From IMG/VR virus record IMGVR_UViG_3300045988_132810, positions 32,001 through 96,000 of that record: DNA of 64,000 nt; one strand, given 5' to 3'. How positions within the stretch are numbered: the stretch's first letter is position 1; each line of letters starts with the position of its first letter. The translations under genes and the position numbers were made by a program. Shown here piece after piece: positions 8,018-17,172 of the stretch. This DNA is from a virus. Under the pieces are notes generated by a model, which did not search any database, was not told where the DNA came from, and was given only the letters and a program-made list of their open reading frames with translations.

Positions 8018-10322
8018 TCTCCACGTACATAGCGCTCAAGGCTCACTTCTTGACTCTATTCTTACTGTAAAACAAATTGCTCAGTATGCGAAAGACAATG
8101 GGCAACCAGCAATTGCTCTAAGTGACCATGGCTTTATGTATGCGTCAATGAATCACGTTATTGAATGTCAAAAGCTTGGCATCAAACCTATCACTGCATG
8201 TGAAATTTATGAATGTGATGACCATATGCTTAAAAACGATACAAAAGACAATGTGCAACCAAGATATCATTTGCTTTTAATTGTAAAAAATCAAATCGGG
8301 AAAGATAACCTTTTTAAAATAGTATCAGAAGGATGTACGAATGGCATGTATAAAAAGCCAAGAGTGTCAATTCAGTGGATCAAAGACAACAATTTAGGGG
8401 AAGGTATTATTTGTCTCACTGCATGTCAAGCTGGACGACTAGCAAAATACCTTGACACAGGAATGTATCAAGAAGCAGAAGAATTTGTTAATCTGCTTAA
8501 AGACACATTTGATTATGTTGCTTGTGAGATTCAGTCACATCCAACAGAGTCTCAGCTAAGGTCAAACACTCTTATTTGGAAATTTGCTAATCATCTTCAA
8601 ATTCCATATGTCATTACAACAGATGCTCATATGCTGAGAGCAGATCAACTAGATACACATTCAATCTTTGTAGAAATTGGAGAAGGCAGAGAAGCAGGAG
8701 AAACTTATATTGGATGCCACCTTCAAAATGAAGAAGACATTTATAAATATCTTGGAAATTGGAATCTAGACAGGGTAATTCAGCATGGTATTGATGAAAC
8801 AATTCACATTGCCAATATGGTGGATGACAATATTGATTATGAGTTAAATAAGGGTACAATAATGCCAAAGGCTCATATCCCAGACGGATATGACACAGAG
8901 TCATATTTTAGATATTTAGTATATTCTACATTTGATGAAAAGTTTGGGCATATGCCACAAGAAGAGCAGGATGCACGTAGAGAAAGAATTGAGTCTGAAA
9001 TTCCCGTCTTGAAAGAATTAGACTTTTTGAACTATCTTTTAATTCAGTATGAATTTTGTAATGAATGTGATAGGCGTGGAATCCCAAGAGGGTATAGTCG
9101 TGGTTCCGCTGCAAATTGCCTTTGCGTTTTTATGCTAAATATTACTCAAATAGATAGTGTAAAATATGATCTAGACTTTACAAGATTCGCGAATCTAGGT
9201 CGTAAAGGCTCGGCAGCAGATATTGACTTGGATATTTCAAAAGCTAGAAGACAAGAAGCAATCCAAGTCCTGTGTGATATTTTTGGACAAGATCACGTTG
9301 CACCAATGGCAACATTTAATACACTCAGCACTAAAGTAGCAATTAGTGATATTGGAAAAGTATTAAATGACAAACAGGACAGCCCATACTTTGGGCAAAT
9401 CCCATATAGTCTGAGGAACGAAGTAACAAAAATGATTCCTACAATCAAGACATTAAACGATCTTGGTGAGTCGGAAGACAAAGACATGTTGCTTAAAGAC
9501 CTTATTGGCAAGAACGAAAAACTTGATAAAATTTATAAACAATTCCCTTTATGGTTTAAATATGTTATGGAGCTTGAAGGGCTCCCAAAATCGCGGGGTC
9601 GTCATGCAAGCGGTACTCTATTAACTCCTAAACCAGTATTACATTATGCCCCATTATGTTTAGATAATGAAAAGCATGTTATGGCACAATTTGAAATGCA
9701 TATATGCCAAGATACTGATGGTGGAATGGGCCTCGTTAAGGAAGATGCACTTGGGCTTGAAACATTAGACATCCTCGATTCGGCTTTAAAAAATGCCAAT
9801 TTAACATGGAAAGACGTTGATATTAATCATTTAAATATTGATGATAAGAAAGTATTTAAAGAAATCTATGCTTCTGGCAATACTGTTGGGATCTTCCAAT
9901 TTGAAAGCGCCGAGGCAAGGAACATGAGTATTGCGGCGCATGTTGACAACATTGAGGATGTTATCGCCATAAATGCAAGTAATCGTCCCGGAACAAAAAA
10001 TAGTTTTCCTGATTATTGCAAAAATAAATTGTGCCCAGAATCCATTCAATGTATACATCCAGATTTAAAAAAACTATTTCAAAAAACATGGGGAATTCTT
10101 TTATATCAAGAAGATTCGCTCCATTTGCTTGCATATGCAGGTTTTAATGAGGTAGAACAGGACACTGGACGTAGGGCCATCGGCAAAAAAAAGAAAGATG
10201 TTATGGCCTCTTTGTATACACAATTTGCAGATGGGCTAAGAAAAAAACAATGGACAGAGCAACAAATCAAAGAAGTTTGGGCTTTACTTGAGAAACAAGC
10301 AGAATATAGCTTCAATCGTGGT
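8004..10322 (+). CDS. dnaE: DNA polymerase III alpha subunit (DnaE-type), exon 1
   Basis: GGAGG lies 8 nt upstream of ATG 8004. PHP domain start FVNLHVHSAQGSLLDS. The ORF stops at a TAA immediately after ...YSFNRG, in the middle of the conserved FN(K/R)xHAxAY motif. Confidence 0.9.
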
Positions 10323-10532
10323 TAACACAATGGCCCCTTATATTGGCGACAATATATTGAACACCGAATATGCTGGAACACCCTTAGAGCTTCACATACC
10401 AAGGCGTAATAGTTGTGGAGATTGGGCAATCAGCAGGGAGTAATGACCCTCAACGACCACCAAGGTGCTTCTCTCAGAGAAGATGGTATGGTCTAATCCC
10501 TTTTAAATACTGCGAAAGCAGGGGTATAAATG
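10323..10532 (+). ncRNA. putative ORF-less group I intron in dnaE (210 nt)
   Basis: Excision joins FNRG to HAVAYSLLSYLTAWMKVYYP in frame. The exon ends in U and the intron ends in G. Its 5' end TAACACAATGGCC resembles that of the tape-measure intron. There is a CTGC-GAAA-GCAG tetraloop hairpin at 10510-10521. P1 is weak: GUGGU/GCCCC with one mismatch. Confidence 0.7.
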
Positions 10533-11552
10533 CATGCTGTTGCTTATAGTCTGTTATCTTATCTTACCGCATGGATGAAAGTATATTATCCAGTAGAATT
10601 TATGACCGCACTTTTGACAGCGAAGTCGGACAATACTTCAAAGCTTAGTGTTATTATTACAGATTGTCATAGAATGGGAATCAAAGTACTTCCGCCTAAG
10701 ATTAATGAGTCTGAATTTTCTTTTAAGGCTAAGCCAGAGACTAAAGAAATCCTTTTTGGTTTTGGCGCAGTAAAAGGCATTGGCGAGTCAGTAATTACTA
10801 AGATTATTGAGAACCAGCCATATAGCAGCTTTGATGATTATCTGTCAAAAATCCAAGATAAAGCGGCCACAATTGCTCTAATTAAAGCTGGTGCTTTCCC
10901 TACTTCTAATAAAATGAAGCTGATGAGAAAGTATGCTACCTTATCGTATGATAAGAAAGAATATAAACCAGTTCAATCATATGGGACAAAAGCAAAATTA
11001 TTGCTAAATTGGGATATCAACGTAGATGATTACAAGGCTGGCAAAAAAGTAGATAAAGAAGCCGTGCTGCAATTGTATAATGCAAAGCGTAAAGAAAAGT
11101 TCGACCAAGTGCAAGAGGTCAAATATAAAGCGTATATGACAGAGTTCCAACAAAAATATGCTAGAGATCAATTCCTATGGGAATACGAAAGCTTATCAAT
11201 GTTTTTGACAGAGAACCCATTGCAAGAAGGTGTAGATTTAATAAACGCTAATTGGGATGATGTCCCGAATGGAGAAAAAACAGTTGTCTTGTGTGTTATA
11301 TCAGACATAAAGCGCAAGAAAGATAAAAACAACAATCCCTTCGCATATCTAGATTTGATTACTTCTGATAGAATTATTGAAGCGACTATTTGGAGTAGAC
11401 AACTAAAAGAATATTTTGATCTTATCTCGAAGGGCAAGTGCCTTGCAATTCTTGGAAGGAAAGAAGACGATCATTTGTTCGTTGAAAAAGTTAAACCCTA
11501 CACCGTTTGGCTCGAAAAAATAAAACATACACGTGCCAAAAAGACATCTTGA
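10533..11552 (+). CDS. dnaE: DNA polymerase III alpha subunit, exon 2
   Basis: Continues as HAVAYSLLSYLTAWMKVYYPVEFMTALL..., then an HhH-like segment (GFGAVKGIGES) and an OB-like C-terminus. In frame with exon 1 once 10323-10532 is removed. Confidence 0.9.
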   Translation, partial: HAVAYSLLSYLTAWMKVYYPVEFMTALLTAKSDNTSKLSVIITDCHRMGIKVLPPKINESEFSFKAKPETKEILFGFGAVKGIGESVITKIIENQPYSSFDDYLSKIQDKAATIALIKAGAFPTSNKMKLMRKYATLSYDKKEYKPVQSYGTKAKLLLNWDINVDDYKAGKKVDKEAVLQLYNAKRKEKFDQVQEVKYKAYMTEFQQKYARDQFLWEYESLSMFLTENPLQEGVDLINANWDDVPNGEKTVVLCVISDIKRKKDKNNNPFAYLDLITSDRIIEATIWSRQLKEYFDLISKGKCLAILGRKEDDHLFVEKVKPYTVWLEKIKHTRAKKTS

Positions 11553-11577
11553 CAGCACAAAATTATTGTGATATAAT
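11549..11577 (+). promoter_or_regulatory. sigma-70-type promoter with extended -10
   Basis: TTGACA, a 17-nt spacer, then TGaTATAAT. The spacer holds the palindrome CACAAAATTATTGTG. The -35 element overlaps the dnaE stop codon. Confidence 0.7.
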
Positions 11578-11610
11578 CGCATTACAAACTAGAAGAAGGA
11601 GTGATTCAAC

Positions 11611-11976
11611 ATGGATGAAAATGAAAACTATGAACAGCCAGAGAGCGTTGAAAGCGTAGAAGAAGCAGACGAGCAAGCACCGCCAGCATCTGAACTTGCA
11701 AACGACGAGCTCAAAGAAGCAATTACTACACAGATGAAGAAGGTACAGATGGCGGCTTTGCTCAGTGGCTCGAAAGCAATTTGTGGCGTTGTGCTTCAGT
11801 ACATCGCGGAGTTCAAGCGTCAACCGGGCAAGAAGTCGGCGAACGACTATAAGAGACTAATCAAGAAGATTGAACATTTTTGTTCAATTAGTCTGGGCAA
11901 GGACGTTAACGAGAATGGTGATATTGTTGATGTAAAGAAGGAAGAAGAAAACACTTCCGAACCAGAGCAGGATTAA
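11611..11976 (+). CDS. hypothetical acidic protein
   Basis: 121-aa ORF with AAGGAG upstream and very acidic termini. Confidence 0.6.
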   Translation: MDENENYEQPESVESVEEADEQAPPASELANDELKEAITTQMKKVQMAALLSGSKAICGVVLQYIAEFKRQPGKKSANDYKRLIKKIEHFCSISLGKDVNENGDIVDVKKEEENTSEPEQD

Positions 11977-11990
11977 CAATACAAAATTAT
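11977..11990 (+). promoter_or_regulatory. conserved intergenic 14-mer CAATACAAAATTAT (copy 4)
   Basis: Exact 14-mer between the stop of gene 11611 and the ribosome-binding site of gene 12002. Confidence 0.5.
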
Positions 11991-12001
11991 TGGAGGCAAC
12001 T

Positions 12002-12592
12002 ATGCAGAAGTTTACTGTTGCTCTAGATTGTGATGAGGTACTTAATAATCTCATTGAGAAAACTCTAGAGCTATATAACACGAGACATGACACAGAACTA
12101 ACGACAGAGATTTTCACGCAATATGACTTTTACAAATGCCTTCCATTTGAAGTAGCTGAGGAACTAACTTCTATTTTTATGGAGAAAGAGCTGTGGGATT
12201 CACTATCCCCAGCTCCTGATTCTCAGTGGGGTGTTAAGAAGCTAATTGATAATGGGTATGATGTCTACGTTGCAACAGCAACGCATTACTCAAATTTTGC
12301 GTGGAAAGTTGATTGGTTCGCTAATAACTTCCCATTTATTGACCAGAAACATATTATCTGTATTCAAAACAAGTCGCTATTGCATGTAGATGTACTTGTT
12401 GATGATTGTGCAGAGAATTTAATGGCTACAAATTATGCGGTTGATAGAGTGCTTCTTGACAAGCCATGGAATCGAAACGTACATGATGATGTGTATGGAA
12501 TTTACAGAGCTAATAACTGGGAAGAAATTGTAGATTATGTGAATGAACTATATAAAGAAAACCAAGGGCTTTATTTGATGGAGGGATGCTAA
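12002..12592 (+). CDS. 5'(3')-deoxyribonucleotidase (HAD / NT5C-like)
   Basis: HAD motif I ALDCDEV near the N-terminus, plus VLVDDCAENL...LLDKPWNRN, typical of the NT5C family. GGAGG upstream of ATG 12002. Confidence 0.7.
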   Translation: MQKFTVALDCDEVLNNLIEKTLELYNTRHDTELTTEIFTQYDFYKCLPFEVAEELTSIFMEKELWDSLSPAPDSQWGVKKLIDNGYDVYVATATHYSNFAWKVDWFANNFPFIDQKHIICIQNKSLLHVDVLVDDCAENLMATNYAVDRVLLDKPWNRNVHDDVYGIYRANNWEEIVDYVNELYKENQGLYLMEGC

Positions 12593-13837
12593 TTGATTGT
12601 AACTAAGCGTGATGGACGAAAGGTAGAATTTGATAAAACAAAGATCGAGAACGCTATTTTAAAAGCACATAAAAGTATTTACCATGGAGAGAATTTTGAA
12701 GATATTCAAGATTTTGCTGCAAAAGTTGCTTTCGATATCGAGTCAAGCAATTCTGCTTCTGAACTTTCCGTTGAAGACATTCAGGATATGGTTGAACGAA
12801 AGCTAATGGCGTCTCGGTTCAAAACAACTGCCAGAGCATATGTAAATTATCGTTTCTTGCATGAAATGGCGAGAAATCAATATCAAGAGCTAATGCAGAC
12901 CGTGTCAGAAAAGCTAACAGCGAATAATATCCAAAACCAAAATGCAAATGTTGACGAAGCTTCATTTGGTGGCCGTATTGGAGAGGCGAGCGATGTTGTG
13001 ACAAGACGTTATGCTCTAGAATACCTTGTCTCACCAATGGCAAAGGCCAACCATGAGAATAATGAGGTTTACATTCATGACCTTAATGCTTATGCGGTTG
13101 GTTCTCATAACTGTCTTAGCATTCCGTTCGACGATCTGCTTGCGAATGGATTCAATACTAGACAGACGGATGTGCGTCCTGCACAAAGTATTAATACGGC
13201 ATTTCAGCTTGTTGCGGTTATCTTTCAACTTCAGAGCTTACAACAGTTTGGCGGCGTAAGTGCTACGCATTTAGACTGGACGATGGTTCCTTATGTAAGA
13301 AAGAGCTTTTATAAGCACTTTAAGGATGGGGTCAAATATTGCCTACGAGATGAATGGGACGAACATTGGGACAGCGACTTTAATGATTCTCGTCCGATTG
13401 ACTGGGATGAATATAAAAACTATCCAGAGGCATATGAGTATGCACTGGATATGACAACAAAGGAAATTTATCAGGCCGTTGAGGGAATGTACCACAATTT
13501 AAATACACTTCAAAGTCGTTCTGGAAATCAGCTCCCATTTACATCAATTAATTATGGTACTTGTACGCTTCCAGAAGGACGTATGGTAACTAAAGCACTA
13601 CTTGATGTTTCTATCAAAGGCATTGGCAAACTTCATCGCACTAGTATTTTCCCATGTGGAATCTTTCAGTGCATGAAGGGAGTAAACCGCAAGCCAGAAG
13701 ATCCGAATTATGATCTATTCCAGTTGGCTCTAAAGTCTACAAGTCTTAGACTTTATCCTAATTATGCCAATGTAGATTGGAGTAATAATGCTGGATATGA
13801 CATTAATGATCCAAGAACGTACTTCAGTACCATGGGT
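12593..13837 (+). CDS. nrdD: anaerobic ribonucleoside-triphosphate reductase, exon 1
   Basis: TTG start after GGAGGG. N-terminal ATP-cone (IVTKRDGRKVEFDKTKIENAI). The ORF reads on into non-conserved sequence after ...YFSTMG. Confidence 0.9.
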
Positions 13838-14167
13838 AAGCGTAAACTTATAGCTCATGTAAAACCTTTTGAACCTCGCCAGAGGGTGTCTAATTTAGGC
13901 TAACGGTTAGGACTCTACGAGTTGAGACCGTGCTAAGTAATTAAGAATAGATTATTTCAGGGCAATGGATGGTGATATGTGCGACAATTTATAAAATAAC
14001 TATTCTTAATTAAAAGTGTATCGACTATCCCTGATGAATGTATGGGAGTAGGGGCAGAGATTGGCGCTGCCGTTGTTTTAGGAAACGAAGCAACTGAGAA
14101 CCGAAGCGGAAGGCTATCGAAAGATAGAAGATATAGTCAGTGCAGATGGCAACATCTGATAAACACG
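13838..14167 (+). ncRNA. putative ORF-less group I intron in nrdD (330 nt)
   Basis: Excision gives YFSTMG|CRTANGYD in frame. The exon ends in U and the intron ends in G. 7-bp P1: CAUGGGU (13831-13837) pairs with GCUCAUG (13853-13859), with U.G at the splice site. S-element-like AAGATATAGTC at 14128-14138. GAAA tetraloop hairpin at 14114-14127. Perfect 13-bp stem 13938-13950 / 14000-14012. Confidence 0.85.
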
Positions 14168-15166
14168 TGTAGAACAGCAAATGGATATGACATTAATGGT
14201 TTTGGTCAGCTAAAAGACGGTAGAGGAAATATCTGCCCTGTGACAATCATTATGCCAACATTGGCAATGGAAGCAAAAGAAGCTGCTCTCAAAAATTCAG
14301 AGCCTTTTGAAGAAGATTTAGAAGGATTGGCCGTTGATAATTTCATGAAACTTTTGAATGAAAAAATCAATGAAGCAAAAGATATGCTTCTTGAACGTTT
14401 TGATTGGATTTGTTCTCAATCTCCAGAAGCGGCAAAGTTTATGTATGAAAATAATGTTATGGCTGGATATGTACCAGAAGAAGGTATTCGTTCTGCTTTA
14501 AAACATGGAACTTTAGCACTAGGCCAATTAGGTTTAGCCGAAACACTGCAAATTCTCATTGGTTGTGATCATACAGAGCCAGAGGGAATGAAATTGGCAA
14601 AGCACATTGAGCAACTATTCAAAGATAGATGTGCAGAGTTTAAGCAAGAATATCATCTCAACTTTGGTGTATATTATACACCTGCAGAGAATCTTTGTTA
14701 CACTGCTATGCAGAAATTTAAAATGAAGTATGGAGAAATTCCTAATGTGTCTGACAAAGACTTCTTTACTAATTCAATTCATGTTCCTGTTTGGAAAGAA
14801 GTAAATCCATTTGAGAAGATTGATATTGAATCACAGCTAACAGGATATTCAAATGCAGGATGCATTACTTATGTTGAATTAGACTCTGGAGCAAAAAACA
14901 ATGTTAAAGCTCTTGAAACAATTGTAAATTATGCGATGAATAAAGATATACCTTATTTTGCTTTGAATGTCCCAAACGACCAGTGTATGAACTGTGGATA
15001 TTGCGATGAAATGAACGATGTTTGCCCAATGTGCAACAGTAATGATATTAAAAGGTTGCGTCGTGTAACCGGATATTTGACAAATGATTACAAAACTGCA
15101 TTTAATAAGGGCAAGCAACAAGAAGTTGAAATGCGTGTTAAACACGACAAAATTATTAGTAGGTGA
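14168..15166 (+). CDS. nrdD: anaerobic ribonucleoside-triphosphate reductase, exon 2
   Basis: CRTANGYD...GRGNICPVTIIMPTLA, a C-terminal Cys cluster (CMNCGYCDEMNDVCPMC) and the glycyl-radical motif RRVTGYL. Confidence 0.9.
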   Translation, partial: CRTANGYDINGFGQLKDGRGNICPVTIIMPTLAMEAKEAALKNSEPFEEDLEGLAVDNFMKLLNEKINEAKDMLLERFDWICSQSPEAAKFMYENNVMAGYVPEEGIRSALKHGTLALGQLGLAETLQILIGCDHTEPEGMKLAKHIEQLFKDRCAEFKQEYHLNFGVYYTPAENLCYTAMQKFKMKYGEIPNVSDKDFFTNSIHVPVWKEVNPFEKIDIESQLTGYSNAGCITYVELDSGAKNNVKALETIVNYAMNKDIPYFALNVPNDQCMNCGYCDEMNDVCPMCNSNDIKRLRRVTGYLTNDYKTAFNKGKQQEVEMRVKHDKIISR

Positions 15167-15171
15167 TTCAT

Positions 15172-15711
15172 ATGAATTATTTAGGAATCAATAAATGCTC
15201 AATCGCAGACGGCCCCGGAGTACGAGTAGTACTCTGGGTGTCTGGATGTAATGTACATTGTAATAATTGTCAAAACCCTCAGTCATGGGATTTTAATGCG
15301 GGCGAACAATTTGATGATCTTGCGAAGCAAAAGCTGTTTGACGCATTAAATAAGCCATGGGTACAAGGTTTAACATTATCTGGTGGCCATCCTTTAGAAT
15401 ATGAAAATCTGCAAGAAGTATATTGTATCATTAATGAATTTAGAGAGAAATTTCAAGACAAAGATATCTGGCTATATACCGGATACACATTAACAATCAA
15501 TGACTTTGATACATCGGTTGATGTTTGTTTCGACAATAGTCTATTGACAAATTACATTCTTGCAATGTGCGATGTTGTAGTTGATGGCCCATATATAGAT
15601 TCTATGCGAGATATTACATTACCATTTCGTGGGAGCACAAATCAGCGTCTTATTGACGTTCATGAGACAATCAAACAACAAGAGATTGTTTTATACAATA
15701 CAAAACTATAA
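15172..15711 (+). CDS. nrdG: anaerobic RNR activating enzyme (radical SAM)
   Basis: DGPGVRVVLWVSGCNVHCNNCQNPQSW (CxxxCxxC cluster). AGGTGA upstream of ATG 15172. Directly follows nrdD. Confidence 0.9.
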   Translation: MNYLGINKCSIADGPGVRVVLWVSGCNVHCNNCQNPQSWDFNAGEQFDDLAKQKLFDALNKPWVQGLTLSGGHPLEYENLQEVYCIINEFREKFQDKDIWLYTGYTLTINDFDTSVDVCFDNSLLTNYILAMCDVVVDGPYIDSMRDITLPFRGSTNQRLIDVHETIKQQEIVLYNTKL

Positions 15712-15728
15712 TAAAGGAGTAATGAATA

Positions 15729-16031
15729 ATGGGTGATATTACAAGAGAGAAGACAATTGAAGAACTAGAAGAGGAACTTAAGACAGCATCTGAAGAATAC
15801 AAGAGACTTAGCTCACTAGTTAAGCAGAAGAAGGATGCTGAAGAGGAAGAGAGAAATAAAAAGATCGAGGCTGCAAAGAAGAATCGTGCAGCAACTATTG
15901 AAAAAATGCTAACAGATGTAGATAATGAGATCAAGAAATATCTTGAGGATTATGGCACTTTCCGCATCAATAAGAGCTTCTATTATCTAAATTATATTTT
16001 TAACGGCAAGAGTCCAATTTGGTTTTGGTAA
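15729..16031 (+). CDS. hypothetical coiled-coil protein
   Basis: 100-aa ORF rich in Glu/Lys with heptad-like sequence. Confidence 0.5.
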   Translation: MGDITREKTIEELEEELKTASEEYKRLSSLVKQKKDAEEEERNKKIEAAKKNRAATIEKMLTDVDNEIKKYLEDYGTFRINKSFYYLNYIFNGKSPIWFW

Positions 16032-16045
16032 TGGAGGGCTTGCTT

Positions 16046-16537
16046 ATGAACGCACATATTAAGTTTGCAAAGACAAGACCAGATGCAAAGATCCCTAGTA
16101 AGCGGCAAGGGGATGGATGCTATGATCTTTATGTTTGCTTCGATGAAGAATTTGTTGTGATTCAGCCTCATACAGTCAAGCTAGTTCCAACAGGAATCTG
16201 TAGCACTTTTGATAGCAATTACCGCATTGGGTTTAGAGAACGCGGAAGTAATACAAAGTCCGCAATGTTCGTTATGGCTGGACAGATTGATTCTAACTTT
16301 ACAGGAGAGTGGTTTGTAGCGCTCTATAATGGCAATGACATTCCTATCGAAATTACCAAAAATGTTTCAGAAGTTACAAAGGAAGAAGATTTCATTCGTG
16401 TTCCATATAGCAAGGCTGTTGCACAGTTTGCTGTAGAAGAAGTGCCGCAGGTTGAGATCGAAGAAGTCGATGTAGACGATATTACCAATCTCAAGACTGA
16501 GCGCGGCGCAGGAATGCTTGGGAGTAGTAATAAGTGA
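16046..16537 (+). CDS. dut: dUTP diphosphatase
   Basis: Trimeric dUTPase motifs: DGCYDLY, GFRERGSNTKS, GQIDSNFTGEW and a C-terminal RGAGMLGSS. GGAGGG upstream of ATG 16046. Confidence 0.85.
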   Translation: MNAHIKFAKTRPDAKIPSKRQGDGCYDLYVCFDEEFVVIQPHTVKLVPTGICSTFDSNYRIGFRERGSNTKSAMFVMAGQIDSNFTGEWFVALYNGNDIPIEITKNVSEVTKEEDFIRVPYSKAVAQFAVEEVPQVEIEEVDVDDITNLKTERGAGMLGSSNK

Positions 16538-16578
16538 ATATTGGACAAATAATGACCGAGAAGATAAGGAGAGGTAAT

Positions 16579-17172
16579 ATGAAGAAAAAGCCACTAGGAT
16601 ATCTTGGAGGAGATATAATGAGCTTCGGCTCAAATCTTGCAAGGCAGTATGAATATGATAAGTTTCTTAAAATGGGTCTGCCTGTGGAAGTATACAGCCC
16701 TGTAATGAATAAATCTATTAATGATAAATCTAATATGACAGAAGAAGAAAACAATCACCTTGCAGAAAAGATTACAGAAGCAGATATTGACCGTCTTTGG
16801 AATAGTGATTTTGTCGTTATGTGCCCTGAACAAAGTGCAATTGGTTCAATGTGTGAGACTGGTTGCCTATTCGGTTGGAAGTATATGGCAGACAAGCTTA
16901 CAGAGATCATCACAGAATGCGAAAATAATCACGCCCCATCTGAAGGGGCACTAGCTTGTCTAAAGAGAGAAATTAATCGTATTGCCGATAAACAAAATTA
17001 TTTTCATTACTTTGATATTCGCACAAATCATCTTAATGAAAAGGATTGGCGTAGAAGTTTCAGTATTAATCAATTGCTATATGGCATGATCCTTTATGCA
17101 GCTAAAAATGGCGATTTCGAAACATTTGATGAAATATTAGAGCATTTGGAGGGATTATATGGGAACAAGTAA
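16579..17172 (+). CDS. nucleoside 2-deoxyribosyltransferase-like protein
   Basis: AAGGAGAGG upstream of ATG 16579. N-terminal GYLGGDIMSFG and DIDRLWNSDFVVMCPEQSAIGSMCETGCLFG resemble the NDT-family pattern (YxAGxxF ... DxGTxxExG) as I remember it. Confidence 0.5.
   Translation: MKKKPLGYLGGDIMSFGSNLARQYEYDKFLKMGLPVEVYSPVMNKSINDKSNMTEEENNHLAEKITEADIDRLWNSDFVVMCPEQSAIGSMCETGCLFGWKYMADKLTEIITECENNHAPSEGALACLKREINRIADKQNYFHYFDIRTNHLNEKDWRRSFSINQLLYGMILYAAKNGDFETFDEILEHLEGLYGNK

Noticed and set aside
13838-14167. The C-terminal tail of ORF 12593-13903 (KRKLIAHVKPFEPRQRVSNLG) and the N-terminal 42 aa of ORF 14042-15166 (MGVGAEIG...HLINT) as real coding sequence.
   Set aside because: Neither resembles NrdD. 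They are accidental open frames running into and out of the intron, and the conserved ...STMG|CR... join removes them.
10323-14167. Inteins in dnaE or nrdD, which are common intein hosts.
   Set aside because: The inserts are only 210 and 330 nt, are not open in frame, and lack intein boundary residues (Cys/Ser ... His-Asn-Cys/Ser/Thr).
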